The notes beneath the pieces were generated by a model, which was not told the DNA's origin, did not search any database, and saw nothing but the letters and a program-made list of their open reading frames with translations. Positions 17,630 through 25,449 of a DNA stretch of 62,761 bases are shown here, piece by piece (the first letter of the stretch is position 1; each line of letters opens with the position of its first letter). The translations under genes and the position numbers were made by a program. Source of the DNA: a virus. The stretch spans positions 1 through 62,761 of IMG/VR virus record IMGVR_UViG_3300044769_000128; one strand, 5' to 3'.

Positions 17630-18409
17630 TCATGTGGCGCGGTTCTGCTCTTTGGCATCATGGAGCAAGTACAGATCGTCCCTGCGGTTGCGCCGTCCTG
17701 GCATCCACTCAAGGGTCAAGCCTATGGCCTTCATAATCTGCTCAACGCTAGAAAAGCCACAAGCGCCGTCAATCGACGGGATAGTGTGCCGTTCGGTCGG
17801 GGTCTTGGATGAAGCCGTGTAGATCGCCTGATAGCGTTCGAGCCCTACGCTGATTCCCTGAGTCTCGGCATCGGCAACGGTCATGCCTTCGGCCTCGCCT
17901 GGCTTGCTCATGGTGCGGTCGGAGCAATCCACGCCAATGACAGCTTTGCCGGGGTCATAGTTCGGATCGTGAAACGTGAGGCCATAGAAATAACGGCCCT
18001 CGTTGACACGCTCTCCGGCGTGGTGGTCAAGCTGCATCTCCTCGCAGCATTCAGGGCATTTCGGAAAGCGCTCGCCTGGTTCCTCGTCCATCCAGTTATC
18101 TTTGCGAGCCCTCACGAGGTCAAGGTCATCTTTGACCCGCTTGGCCAAGCAATCCTTAGCGCGACACACAAAAGCGCCGTCGTCGCGCTTCCAGCTGGTG
18201 TGCTCCGGCATGTCCTCGGCCTTCAATGCGAGCAGTCTTTCGCGGTATGCCCTAGCGACCCAAAGGCCCAACGAAGTGCCCTTCATATCGTATCCGCCTC
18301 CGTTGCACGTTGCGGTTCGGCTGCCGTTCACATAAAGCGAGCAGATATTATAACCGTATGTGTCGCGTCCTCGGCTGGTAGTCCAGCGAAATTCAAGTGA
18401 TGTTGTCAT
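17630..18409 (-). CDS. Conserved-looking hypothetical protein
   Basis: GGAGG RBS 9 nt before ATG 18409. WTTSRGRDTYGYN...GGGYDMKGT motif. Function unknown. Confidence 0.7.
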   Translation of the reverse strand: MTTSLEFRWTTSRGRDTYGYNICSLYVNGSRTATCNGGGYDMKGTSLGLWVARAYRERLLALKAEDMPEHTSWKRDDGAFVCRAKDCLAKRVKDDLDLVRARKDNWMDEEPGERFPKCPECCEEMQLDHHAGERVNEGRYFYGLTFHDPNYDPGKAVIGVDCSDRTMSKPGEAEGMTVADAETQGISVGLERYQAIYTASSKTPTERHTIPSIDGACGFSSVEQIMKAIGLTLEWMPGRRNRRDDLYLLHDAKEQNRAT

Positions 18410-18441
18410 CTTGGTCGGTCCTCCGTAGTTGCGCACGTAGC

Positions 18442-18846
18442 TTAGAATAGTTTCCCCTGCCTCGCGTCAATCTCAGGCATCTCTAATGCGAGCGGGCTTT
18501 GATTCTGGGCACGTTTGGGCTTTAACCCTGCCGTAGGTATCAATCGCGCAGGGGTATCGGCTATAACCGTTTGCGGGCCAGCCTCGGTGTGTTCTATGCG
18601 TGGGAGCGGGCGAAGGTAATCGGCAAGCTCGACGGTCTTAAACGAGACGCAAACTTCCTCGCCCCCGATCTGGTTGAAAAACGTCCGATCTAAGCCATAT
18701 TTCTTGCGCATATACTTTTGCATGTTCTCCGGCTTACGGGTGAATTGCTGGCCTTGTGGCCAATGGGAGCCGAGCTCCGGCGTGTAAGGCGCGTTATGGG
18801 ATCCACTTGGGAATGTTTTAATCGCTTCGTAGATGTCTAGTTTCAT
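18442..18846 (-). CDS. Hypothetical protein
   Basis: ATG 18846 overlaps the upstream stop (ATGA). 134 aa. Confidence 0.6.
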   Translation of the reverse strand: MKLDIYEAIKTFPSGSHNAPYTPELGSHWPQGQQFTRKPENMQKYMRKKYGLDRTFFNQIGGEEVCVSFKTVELADYLRPLPRIEHTEAGPQTVIADTPARLIPTAGLKPKRAQNQSPLALEMPEIDARQGKLF

Positions 18847-19148
18847 GGTCGGCCTGCCATTTCGATCGTGTTGCGGATAAACTGCCACGGCTCGAAGCGG
18901 ATCGTGCCGTCCATCCACAGACCACCGATGAGGAAGATTAGCGCCATGATGCAACCTCCGAGCAGGAGCAGGTCAAGGTCGGATTCGCCGCGCTGGTTGC
19001 AGGCGTCGTCATATTGCTTTTCAGCCCAAGCGGAAAGCTCTTTGATTCGCTCGTCGTATTCTTCGCGGGTGATGTCACCGTTCATAAAATAGCGGTCTAT
19101 GCGGTCGGTTTGCTTCTCCACGCGCCTCTCTATTTGTTCTTCCGTCAT
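18843..19148 (-). CDS. Hypothetical protein with one predicted TM segment
   Basis: 101 aa. Charged helical N-terminus, then LLLLGGCIMALIFLIGGLW. Confidence 0.6.
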   Translation of the reverse strand: MTEEQIERRVEKQTDRIDRYFMNGDITREEYDERIKELSAWAEKQYDDACNQRGESDLDLLLLGGCIMALIFLIGGLWMDGTIRFEPWQFIRNTIEMAGRP

Positions 19149-19178
19149 CGGTCGTCCCTCCGTTTGCTGGTTGATATT

Positions 19179-19388
19179 CTAAAGGTCGTTGATTCGTTCA
19201 ATGTGAAATATGCCCGCTGCACCTCCACCGAAGATCAGTTTTTCACCGATCTTCATATTGTTGATTCGTTCGCTATCCTCATGGCTGAGGTCGTCATTGA
19301 GTCGGAAAAACTCGTCTAGCGTGGTGATGCTTGCGCCTTCTAGGTTGCTTCCGTCCTGAAATACTATGATTGCCTTGATCGGTTCCAT
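19179..19388 (-). CDS. Hypothetical protein (first gene of the leftward unit)
   Basis: 69 aa. GGAGG about 8 nt upstream of the ATG. Confidence 0.6.
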   Translation of the reverse strand: MEPIKAIIVFQDGSNLEGASITTLDEFFRLNDDLSHEDSERINNMKIGEKLIFGGGAAGIFHIERINDL

Positions 19389-19666
19389 TGATTCAATCCT
19401 CCGCTCTCCTATAGAGCAGGAGCCATGCCGATGATTTCATTGAGTTTTTGACGCTATCTTGCGTCGAAAACGGGCGTCAGTGCAGCACGAAAACACACTA
19501 TCCTAAATGTGGGATTGATATTCGCTAGTGATTGCGAGTAGTTGCAAGGATTTCAGGCACGCGAGACTTCCGGCGGAATCTATAGCCCGATACGGGAGTG
19601 TGCGCCTTGCTTAATCACTAAAAGGCTAATGATTATAGCGGCATGGGTGTTGCTCTATTGGTGGGT

Positions 19667-19867
19667 ATGAAAACTAAAGAGATTTCGATCAGAAGATTGA
19701 GAACGGATGAGCTAACAGATGAGGATTGGGTCGAAGTGCAGAGTATTCAGGATTGGATTTGGGATGTTAGCCATTATCGAACCGATTGGCGATTAACCAA
19801 GCTCTCAATCTATATCTATCAACGACGGGTGCAGAACGTGGCGCTGCGGCGTCGGGAGGTGGTCTGA
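19667..19867 (+). CDS. Hypothetical protein
   Basis: ATG 19667 is preceded by GGTGGG (alternative ATG at 19643). Its stop overlaps the next ATG (TGATG). Confidence 0.45.
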   Translation: MKTKEISIRRLRTDELTDEDWVEVQSIQDWIWDVSHYRTDWRLTKLSIYIYQRRVQNVALRRREVV

Positions 19868-20259
19868 TGGTCGATTACGTGGATAGAAACACCTTGGAGT
19901 GCGGGTGTGTCGTGGTTTGTTGGCGAGGCCTCTTCGATGAAATCGAATATTGCCCGCTCCACGCGGCGGCTCCGGCCATGCTCGAAGCGCTGGAGTTGGC
20001 TATTTCGACGGTGCGCTACTACCACGAGCATGAGGGTTGTCCTGACACGTTGAAGAAGTGCAGAGCCGCTATCGCCCTAGCCCGAAGCGGATCGGCCGCG
20101 CCGGTTGCGCCGTTCTCTTATGCCAAGACTAACTTGGACGCGCTAGTGTCTCACGTCCTAGCTATGGCTGACGACGCCTATCTCGTCGGCCATCCCGAAT
20201 GGTTGGAGATTGTAGCCGATGCTGATCAGGCTGCACGAGGTCAGAAGATAACCCGCTAG
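19867..20259 (+). CDS. Hypothetical protein
   Basis: 130 aa, translationally coupled to the upstream ORF. Followed by an intrinsic terminator. Confidence 0.6.
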   Translation: MVDYVDRNTLECGCVVVCWRGLFDEIEYCPLHAAAPAMLEALELAISTVRYYHEHEGCPDTLKKCRAAIALARSGSAAPVAPFSYAKTNLDALVSHVLAMADDAYLVGHPEWLEIVADADQAARGQKITR

Positions 20260-20283
20260 TCTCCGCCCGCTTCCCCCTCCCCC

Positions 20284-20313
20284 AAAGGTCAGCCCGTGCT
20301 GGCCTTTTCCTTT
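20284..20313 (+). terminator. Rho-independent terminator
   Basis: AAAGGTCAGC-CCGT-GCTGGCCTTT stem followed by a T-rich TTTTCCTTT tail. Confidence 0.6.
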
Positions 20314-20439
20314 GCCCGCTGTGCAGCCCACGTTGCCCCAGGATCCACGCTCGCTACTCGCTTGGCACATTCCCCCGTCCACATTCCCCGCGCCGCAATA
20401 ACCCGCGATGCTTCGGGTGAGGCATAATGCCACACCTCA

Positions 20440-20760
20440 CCTTCTGTCCGATGGTTCGTGCTACTTCTATAGCCTGCTACCTTTGGTTTCTCTGTGGATA
20501 TGTATTGTGTATGGACTCAATCCACATTAACTGATTCTAATTAGCAGTGACTGACTATTATCTTAATTGATGGCTTCAACCTTATACTGATTCCTTATTC
20601 CCTATGCTCTGATGAATACCCCGGTATTTAAATATATGGCAGATGCAGTTAATCCGGGGATAGTCACTCACTTTCAAATTTTCTACAATAAAATTTTCAG
20701 TATATCCGAAAGCAATTATCGGAAGTGGGGATTAGGAAAGTGGGGAAGGCGCTTCGCTGG
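20440..20760. other. AT-rich non-coding island with short direct and inverted repeats (origin or regulatory hub candidate)
   Basis: ACTGATTC twice (20530, 20586). AAGTGGGGA twice (20723, 20738). Inverted repeats TGTGGAT/ATCCACA and CCCCGG/CCGGGG. No convincing ORF. Confidence 0.4.
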
Positions 20761-20920
20761 CGGAGCCGCAGGCGCTAAAGGTGGCCGGGGCGGCGTTCTT
20801 CTTAATGTCATATTTGAATAGAGGGTGTCAAGGAGAAAATAGAGGCACACGTAATAGTGTAGGGATGCTTGAGCCACCACAATTAGTAGTGGTCAGCTTT
20901 GGAATAATTTCAGGAATAAA

Positions 20921-21172
20921 TTACGGGGAATTTGCCAACCACTTTTTCATTTGGTCCAGGGCTTCTTTGCCGCGGATAGCGGTGTTCGCGACACAATGGG
21001 GATCGTTGGCGAAGGTAATTTCCAGGTGACGCCCGTGGTGGATTAAGTGGTACTCGCGTTTGAACCCCCCGACTTTCTCAGGTCCACAATGATACATAGA
21101 CAGCAAAACGCCGTCAGGCAACGCCTGGATGAACGCATTGATGAAGATATGTTCTTGTTCGCCTACCGTCAT
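20921..21172 (-). CDS. Hypothetical protein (last gene of the leftward operon)
   Basis: ATG 21172 lies 4 nt after the upstream TGA, with GGTGA as RBS. The longer 21262 start would overlap the upstream gene by 86 nt. Confidence 0.55.
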   Translation of the reverse strand: MTVGEQEHIFINAFIQALPDGVLLSMYHCGPEKVGGFKREYHLIHHGRHLEITFANDPHCVANTAIRGKEALDQMKKWLANSP

Positions 21173-21176
21173 TTGT

Positions 21177-21395
21177 TCACCGATCCAAGGGGCAGTATTT
21201 CTTTCCGACCTTACCCAGAGCATCGGCTTGTTCTTGCAGGTGGGCAACGCTTTTGCCGTCATTCACCATGGCGGATTGGAGATAGGTGAGGATCGCGGCG
21301 ATGGTGTAGAGTTTTAGGGACTCGGCGAACTTCGCCGCCTCTTTAATATCCTCGTAGAGGAGATTGGTCTTTTCGTCTTTGAAGGGTCCGTTCAT
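21177..21395 (-). CDS. Hypothetical protein
   Basis: 72-aa helical ORF. Confidence 0.6.
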   Translation of the reverse strand: MNGPFKDEKTNLLYEDIKEAAKFAESLKLYTIAAILTYLQSAMVNDGKSVAHLQEQADALGKVGKKYCPLDR

Positions 21396-21410
21396 GGGTC
21401 ACCTAAGAGG

Positions 21411-21587
21411 CTAATCGTCCGTCCAGACTTTGTAAATCATCAATGGAAAGATCGGCGTTATCGCCCAACACAGATATCCCACTATGGGATACTTTTCCGG
21501 GCCATTGAATCCCAAGATGACAATGCAAACGAAATAGATCGAGAAGATCCATGAGAAGATTATCCGCTCTATGAGATTTTTCTTCAT
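21411..21587 (-). CDS. Small two-TM membrane protein (58 aa)
   Basis: MKKNLIERIIFSWIFSIYFVCIVILGF...GYLCWAITPIFPLMIY. ATG overlaps the upstream stop. Below the track cutoff. Confidence 0.5.
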   Translation of the reverse strand: MKKNLIERIIFSWIFSIYFVCIVILGFNGPEKYPIVGYLCWAITPIFPLMIYKVWTDD

Positions 21588-21673
21588 CGTTTATTGAACC
21601 ACCACTCGATGTAGCCGAGGTTCCAGCCCCAATCGGAGATGGAGAGCAGGAAGTAGAAGTCATCTTCAGTCAT
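21584..21673 (-). CDS. Mini-protein paralog C (29 aa): MTEDDFYFLLSISDWGW...
   Basis: ATGA coupling at both ends. N-terminus nearly identical to paralog B. Confidence 0.45.
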   Translation of the reverse strand: MTEDDFYFLLSISDWGWNLGYIEWWFNKR

Positions 21674-21837
21674 GGCCGCACCGTGCAGGCTTTCCAGATA
21701 TCGAGCAGATCTCTATAAGGGTCACGCACCAATAAGATGTTTTCGTCGCGCCACAAGCTCCAACTATTAAGTCCCCAATACCAGCCGAAATCGGAGATAT
21801 CCATTAAGAAGTAGAAGTCGTCCTCGGTCATCACCAT
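21670..21837 (-). CDS. Mini-protein paralog B (55 aa): MVMTEDDFYFLMDISDFGW...
   Basis: Overlapping start/stop with its neighbours. Shares the xEDDFYFL..IS.(W/F)GW N-terminus. Confidence 0.5.
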   Translation of the reverse strand: MVMTEDDFYFLMDISDFGWYWGLNSWSLWRDENILLVRDPYRDLLDIWKACTVRP

Positions 21838-21941
21838 GCCAACCATTCATCTACTTCGAAGTGCAGGCGGAAGCGGATTGCCGCTATTTGCCAGCCAAGG
21901 TGAGCCACTTCGAGCAGGAAGGCGAAGTCGATCTCGTTCAT
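21831..21941 (-). CDS. Mini-protein paralog A (36 aa): MNEIDFAFLLEVAHLGW...
   Basis: ATGA coupling to 21938..22126. A more diverged copy of the same N-terminal motif. Confidence 0.4.
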   Translation of the reverse strand: MNEIDFAFLLEVAHLGWQIAAIRFRLHFEVDEWLAW

Positions 21942-22126
21942 TTGTATTCCCCGCACCAGTCGTCGCCCCTGACCGTGGGCCATAGAGTTTGTCGTTGCTC
22001 GCCGGCTTTGGGCGGGAAGCGTCGGCAGGTGCCTTGTACTTCATCCGGTGCCCCGTCCTGGTCGGGAAAGAGTTTGAAATAAGCGCAAAGGTAGCAGCAT
22101 CTTTCGAATCTATCGGTCATTTGCAT
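21938..22126 (-). CDS. Small Cys-rich protein
   Basis: 62 aa with CCYLC...GTCRRFPP...DWCGEY. Confidence 0.6.
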   Translation of the reverse strand: MQMTDRFERCCYLCAYFKLFPDQDGAPDEVQGTCRRFPPKAGEQRQTLWPTVRGDDWCGEYK

Positions 22127-22191
22127 TTATTCCTTGGCGGGAGTAGGAGTAGCGCAGCCCGTCCCCTTTCCCGGTTATCCGTCACGAGCAG

Positions 22192-22923
22192 TCAAGCCTC
22201 GGAGCGATCCCGGGCTTTGCTGTTTGTGCGCTTGGCGATCTCGGCGGCGATGTCCTCACAAAGCCTGGTCAAGCGATAACTCCACGGCTTCATTCCTTTT
22301 GCGGCTGCGAAGATCATTTCTTTTGCAATCTCCAGCCCCTGCACCTCGGCGGCGTCACGCTCGGCCTCTAATTGTTCAATTTTATCGTGGCACTCAATTA
22401 CTTCATGCGGGAGTTTATCGTAATCAAATGCCTGCTGTTGAATTATACAGAAGGCACAACCGCCGTAACTGTCATCCCAATCTATAATTCGATGGCCGCA
22501 GGGGAATTTATTATTCAGCCTGGCGACTTCGGCGCGGATTTCGTCAACTTGTTTTCTGTACGGCGTTCCCTCGGTTATCGATCCGTCTGGATTTATTGTG
22601 ACCGGCTTATCATCCTCGCTGTTTAGTATTTTCTCCAACCTGTTGATTTCATCCATAGTGGTAATCCCCTTTCGCAGCCTGGCGACTTCGGCGCGGAGTT
22701 CTTCGATATGCTCAATGATGCTCTTGCCTGTGTATTCAGTGACGCCTAGCGCATTCCACGATTGAGCACAGCAACAATACTTGCAATGATTAGCCTCTGC
22801 GAGCGCGGCGGCGACGGCGGGACGATGCCTTACAGGGCATCGAATATTATGCTCTCCATCTAGCTCACAATATTTAGTACACGGCAGCAACCGCGCCGCT
22901 TCCTCTTGCCATTTATCCATCAT
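22192..22923 (-). CDS. Cys-rich coiled-coil protein
   Basis: 243 aa with several CxxC-type pairs. Internal duplicated RAEVARL segments. Confidence 0.7.
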   Translation of the reverse strand: MMDKWQEEAARLLPCTKYCELDGEHNIRCPVRHRPAVAAALAEANHCKYCCCAQSWNALGVTEYTGKSIIEHIEELRAEVARLRKGITTMDEINRLEKILNSEDDKPVTINPDGSITEGTPYRKQVDEIRAEVARLNNKFPCGHRIIDWDDSYGGCAFCIIQQQAFDYDKLPHEVIECHDKIEQLEAERDAAEVQGLEIAKEMIFAAAKGMKPWSYRLTRLCEDIAAEIAKRTNSKARDRSEA

Positions 22924-23144
22924 TTATATTCCTCTGGCAGGATGCCGAAGTCGGCCAGGGCGCGCGCTGTAGAAACGGCTAGAGCCTCGCGGGTCGTGCT
23001 AAAGTAGCCGTTGGCCCGCTCCTCGACCAACTTGCGGATGAGGAGAAAAATCGCTTCTGTCATCATGGTGTGCAACTCGTCGGGATCCTTCGTGGGGAAT
23101 TTGTTCGCTATCCACAATTCCCCGACTTCTTTATCTTCCATCAT
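22920..23144 (-). CDS. Hypothetical protein
   Basis: 74 aa, with ATGA coupling on both sides. Confidence 0.65.
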   Translation of the reverse strand: MMEDKEVGELWIANKFPTKDPDELHTMMTEAIFLLIRKLVEERANGYFSTTREALAVSTARALADFGILPEEYK

Positions 23145-23413
23145 TTCGACAGTTCCTCCACCGCCCGGTTAAACGCCTGTTGCCAGCCGACGCCGTGGCG
23201 AACTCTTTTCCCCTCGGCATTGGGTAACGTAGCCTCGAGCGCGATATTCTCGGCCTGATCGAGCACCGCGTTACGGCGCGCGATATACGCGCAGTCGTGC
23301 GCGAACACCAGCGTCGGCGATTCGCACTCCTCGAAGATCCGCCGCTTGGGATCGTTGTTCACATAGCCGATGGTGCGCTCGGTTCTCGCCTCGCTGCAAT
23401 TACAGACTTCCAT
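23141..23413 (-). CDS. Hypothetical protein
   Basis: 90-aa ORF. Confidence 0.65.
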   Translation of the reverse strand: MEVCNCSEARTERTIGYVNNDPKRRIFEECESPTLVFAHDCAYIARRNAVLDQAENIALEATLPNAEGKRVRHGVGWQQAFNRAVEELSK

Positions 23414-23422
23414 TTTGGTGGC

Positions 23423-23818
23423 TCATTTCTTCACCTCGATGTGATCGGGATGTTTCGTTTTCATGTGCGCTGCTAATTGGCCGATAGTGCGCTTACAGTA
23501 GGGGCACACGCCCGCGCTCACCCGCTTTTGCAACCGGCGCTGCTTTTTCTCGGCCTGCTCCCGCCGGGCCATTTCATTGCGCGCATCCTGCTTGGCGATA
23601 TCCAACTGACGCGCGAGTGCGGCCTTTTCCTTTTCCAGCTTCATCACCGTCGTTTCCAGATACGACTGTGAATGCCCCAATGGACACCAGAAGGTTTCGC
23701 CGCTGTCTTTAGCCCGACGGTAAAGATCCTGTGTAATCGCAAACAGGCAGTGACACTTGCAGCACTCCTCGGTCACTAACTGCTGCGAGACGGTAATAGC
23801 TAAGCCTGAATTCGCCAT
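23423..23818 (-). CDS. Zinc-ribbon / coiled-coil protein ending in a C2H2-like finger
   Basis: CCKCHC...CPLGH, a coiled coil, then CPYCKRTIGQLAAHMKTKH. Confidence 0.65.
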   Translation of the reverse strand: MANSGLAITVSQQLVTEECCKCHCLFAITQDLYRRAKDSGETFWCPLGHSQSYLETTVMKLEKEKAALARQLDIAKQDARNEMARREQAEKKQRRLQKRVSAGVCPYCKRTIGQLAAHMKTKHPDHIEVKK

Positions 23819-23826
23819 GATTGCCC

Positions 23827-24147
23827 CTAGAATGAAACCTTATGCCCGTGAAATCTCCGCACATGCTCGCGCCTGGCTTCGTCGGTGAAAAACTTAGCAG
23901 CGCACCGGCTGCACTTTATCCGGCGCTCGAAGTCCTCGGGTTCCTCGCTGCTGTGGTAATATTTGCGATGCATCGGCGCCCGCGGCCGCGCCTCGCCCTT
24001 CTTCATTTCCTCTATCACTTTATCCTCGTCCAGTTGAACTTCGTTTCGCTCCCACTGCGAGATCGTGTTGCGGCACTTGCCGAGAATCTTGCCCAACTGC
24101 GCCTGGGTGAGATGCAAGTCCTCACGGATCTTGAAGATGGTTTTCAC
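23827..24147 (-). CDS. XRE-family HTH regulator fused to a classical-pattern C2H2 zinc finger
   Basis: GTG 24147 overlaps the upstream TGA. LHLTQAQLGKILGKCRNTISQWERNE (Cro/CI-type HTH). CSRCAAKFFTDEARREHVRRFH = CX2CX12HX4H. Confidence 0.7.
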   Translation of the reverse strand: MKTIFKIREDLHLTQAQLGKILGKCRNTISQWERNEVQLDEDKVIEEMKKGEARPRAPMHRKYYHSSEEPEDFERRIKCSRCAAKFFTDEARREHVRRFHGHKVSF

Positions 24148-24425
24148 TTCGTCTCCACCTTGGCTAGATACAAATCCTTGGCCGTCTCCGCGGCGTCCTT
24201 CCAGCGCTGTTTCCACTCGAGCGCTTCTGTCAACTGAAACTTGAGCGCGGCAATCTCGCCGTCCTTCTCGTTCGATTTTTTCACTACTCCCTCAAAGATA
24301 CGTTCAAGGGTTTTGAGATATTCCTCCTTCTTGACGCAACAAGCGTGACAAAGTTCATCGTAGTTCGTAAAGTCTCCGCCGCACTGCACACACTCAATGC
24401 TCGCGCGCTCATCAACGTCAGTCAT
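24144..24425 (-). CDS. Zinc-ribbon coiled-coil protein
   Basis: CVQCGG...CHACC, then a heptad-like region. Confidence 0.65.
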   Translation of the reverse strand: MTDVDERASIECVQCGGDFTNYDELCHACCVKKEEYLKTLERIFEGVVKKSNEKDGEIAALKFQLTEALEWKQRWKDAAETAKDLYLAKVETK

Positions 24426-24649
24426 CTGACCACCATCGCATTCTTAAACGCCACTTTGATCTTATGAATGCCGATCAACTGTTCCTCAGTCTTGGTTTTC
24501 AGCTTGGGCATCTCGCTGGCGTAAAAGCGGGCAAGCCCGCCGTCGTCGAACTCGTAGGCGGGGTCGAACACCAGCCACACGTCGGCTTTGAGAATCGTCG
24601 ATTCGATCAGGATAGCTTTATCTTCGGGCGGCATGGGTTTCTTTTTCAT
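24422..24649 (-). CDS. Hypothetical protein
   Basis: 75-aa coupled ORF. Confidence 0.6.
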   Translation of the reverse strand: MKKKPMPPEDKAILIESTILKADVWLVFDPAYEFDDGGLARFYASEMPKLKTKTEEQLIGIHKIKVAFKNAMVVR

Positions 24650-24930
24650 TTGGCCCTCAGTGTTTCGGCAAATCTTCGTTGCCGCTCACGAAGTTCTTCC
24701 TTGTTTTCAGTTTCGTATCGCGAGCAACTGCTGTCTCTCCTAGCCGATAGCAGTTTGTTGAAAAATGCCCCGTTCTGTTCCGTGAGAATCGGTCCCAGCT
24801 TTAACAGCAAATCAACGATGCAGTTCTTCATGTCGGTTTCGATGATATCGCAAATCTCCGCCATGTGTTTGGAAAATACGAGGTCGACGACCCCAGCGAT
24901 CTCTAGTTTCTCTTTTTCACTAAGAGACAT
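24646..24930 (-). CDS. Hypothetical protein
   Basis: ATG 24930 overlaps the upstream TGA. 94 aa. Confidence 0.6.
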   Translation of the reverse strand: MSLSEKEKLEIAGVVDLVFSKHMAEICDIIETDMKNCIVDLLLKLGPILTEQNGAFFNKLLSARRDSSCSRYETENKEELRERQRRFAETLRAK

Positions 24931-25106
24931 CACCAGACCTCCTTGTTGACAATTTCCTTGCGGGTCCTCCCGCACAGCTTGCACTTGAACCACTTCACCG
25001 CCACCGCATCGGGGTTGAGCACGTAGTCGTCGCAGGAATGCTCCACTTCCTTGAGATCGCCATCCTCGAAGCGAAAATATCTATTTAAGTCCGTCGTCGT
25101 GCCCAT
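24930..25106 (-). CDS. First gene of the leftward operon: small Cys-containing protein (58 aa)
   Basis: AGGAG 7 nt upstream of ATG 25106. Contains SCDD...CKLCG. Below the track cutoff. Confidence 0.5.
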   Translation of the reverse strand: MGTTTDLNRYFRFEDGDLKEVEHSCDDYVLNPDAVAVKWFKCKLCGRTRKEIVNKEVW

Positions 25107-25135
25107 CGCGAACTCCTAAAAATTAGTATGCGCCA

Positions 25136-25164
25136 CTTATAGATTTATGCAGAATTAATGTCAA
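25136..25164 (-). promoter_or_regulatory. Sigma70-type promoter for the leftward operon
   Basis: On the minus strand: TTGACA, a 17-nt spacer, then TATAAG. It lies about 30 nt upstream of the AGGAG/ATG at 25106. Confidence 0.6.
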
Positions 25165-25180
25165 GTAGTATTATCTTGAC
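25160..25180. promoter_or_regulatory. Perfect palindrome GTCAAG-N9-CTTGAC overlapping both divergent -35 boxes (operator candidate)
   Basis: Read directly. It overlaps the minus-strand TTGACA and the plus-strand TTGACT. Confidence 0.45.
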
Positions 25181-25212
25181 TGTGCATTATTTTCTATGGT
25201 AAGCAGACTGCC

Positions 25213-25449
25213 ATGGAAAAAAAAATATCGGGCTACACTATCCGCACCGACGCCGAGACTTGGAAGAGATTTAGAATGCTCGCCATCGCCTACGATCAGC
25301 CAATGGCCAAACTCTTTTCCGACATGGTGGCGACCCTCTGGCCGATGGACAATAAATTACTCATTGAAGCTGTGGAACACACCAACGCGCGCAAAAAGGA
25401 GAAGAAACATGGCAAGACAGATGGAAGTGCCCGGAACCGAGAAGGTTAA
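25213..25449 (+). CDS. Putative ribbon-helix-helix (Arc/CopG-like) regulator
   Basis: N-terminal GYTIRTDAETWKRFRMLAIAYDQPMAKLFSDMVATL fits a strand-helix-helix layout. Sits at the divergent promoter. Confidence 0.45.
   Translation: MEKKISGYTIRTDAETWKRFRMLAIAYDQPMAKLFSDMVATLWPMDNKLLIEAVEHTNARKKEKKHGKTDGSARNREG

Noticed and set aside
20158-20433. 91-aa minus-strand ORF and the 69-aa ORF at 20612..20821 in the intergenic island.
   Set aside because: The first overlaps the 3' end of 19867..20259 and its terminator and is Gly/Cys-rich. The second runs from AT-rich DNA into a Gly/Ala/Arg low-complexity tail. Neither has an RBS.
19389-20920. tRNA or other standard RNA genes in the large intergenic regions. 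The regions 16046..16219, 25107..25212, 29443..29685 and 33783..33984 were also checked.
   Set aside because: No cloverleaf could be assembled by eye: there is no GTTCRANYC-type T-loop with matching stems and no acceptor-stem pairing. This is a manual check only, so a covariance-model scan would be decisive.
21403-21663. 86-aa minus-strand track ORF (MTSTSCSPSPIGAG...).
   Set aside because: It has Ser/Thr/Gly-rich composition. The same DNA is better explained by a coupled chain of small ORFs in other frames (21411..21587 and 21584..21673).
22513-22708. A ~22-nt near-identical direct repeat (AGCCTGGCGACTTCGGCGCGGA) 160 bp apart.
   Set aside because: It lies inside the 243-aa minus-strand gene and encodes a duplicated RAEVARL coiled-coil segment. 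It is an internal coding duplication rather than a regulatory or mobile repeat.
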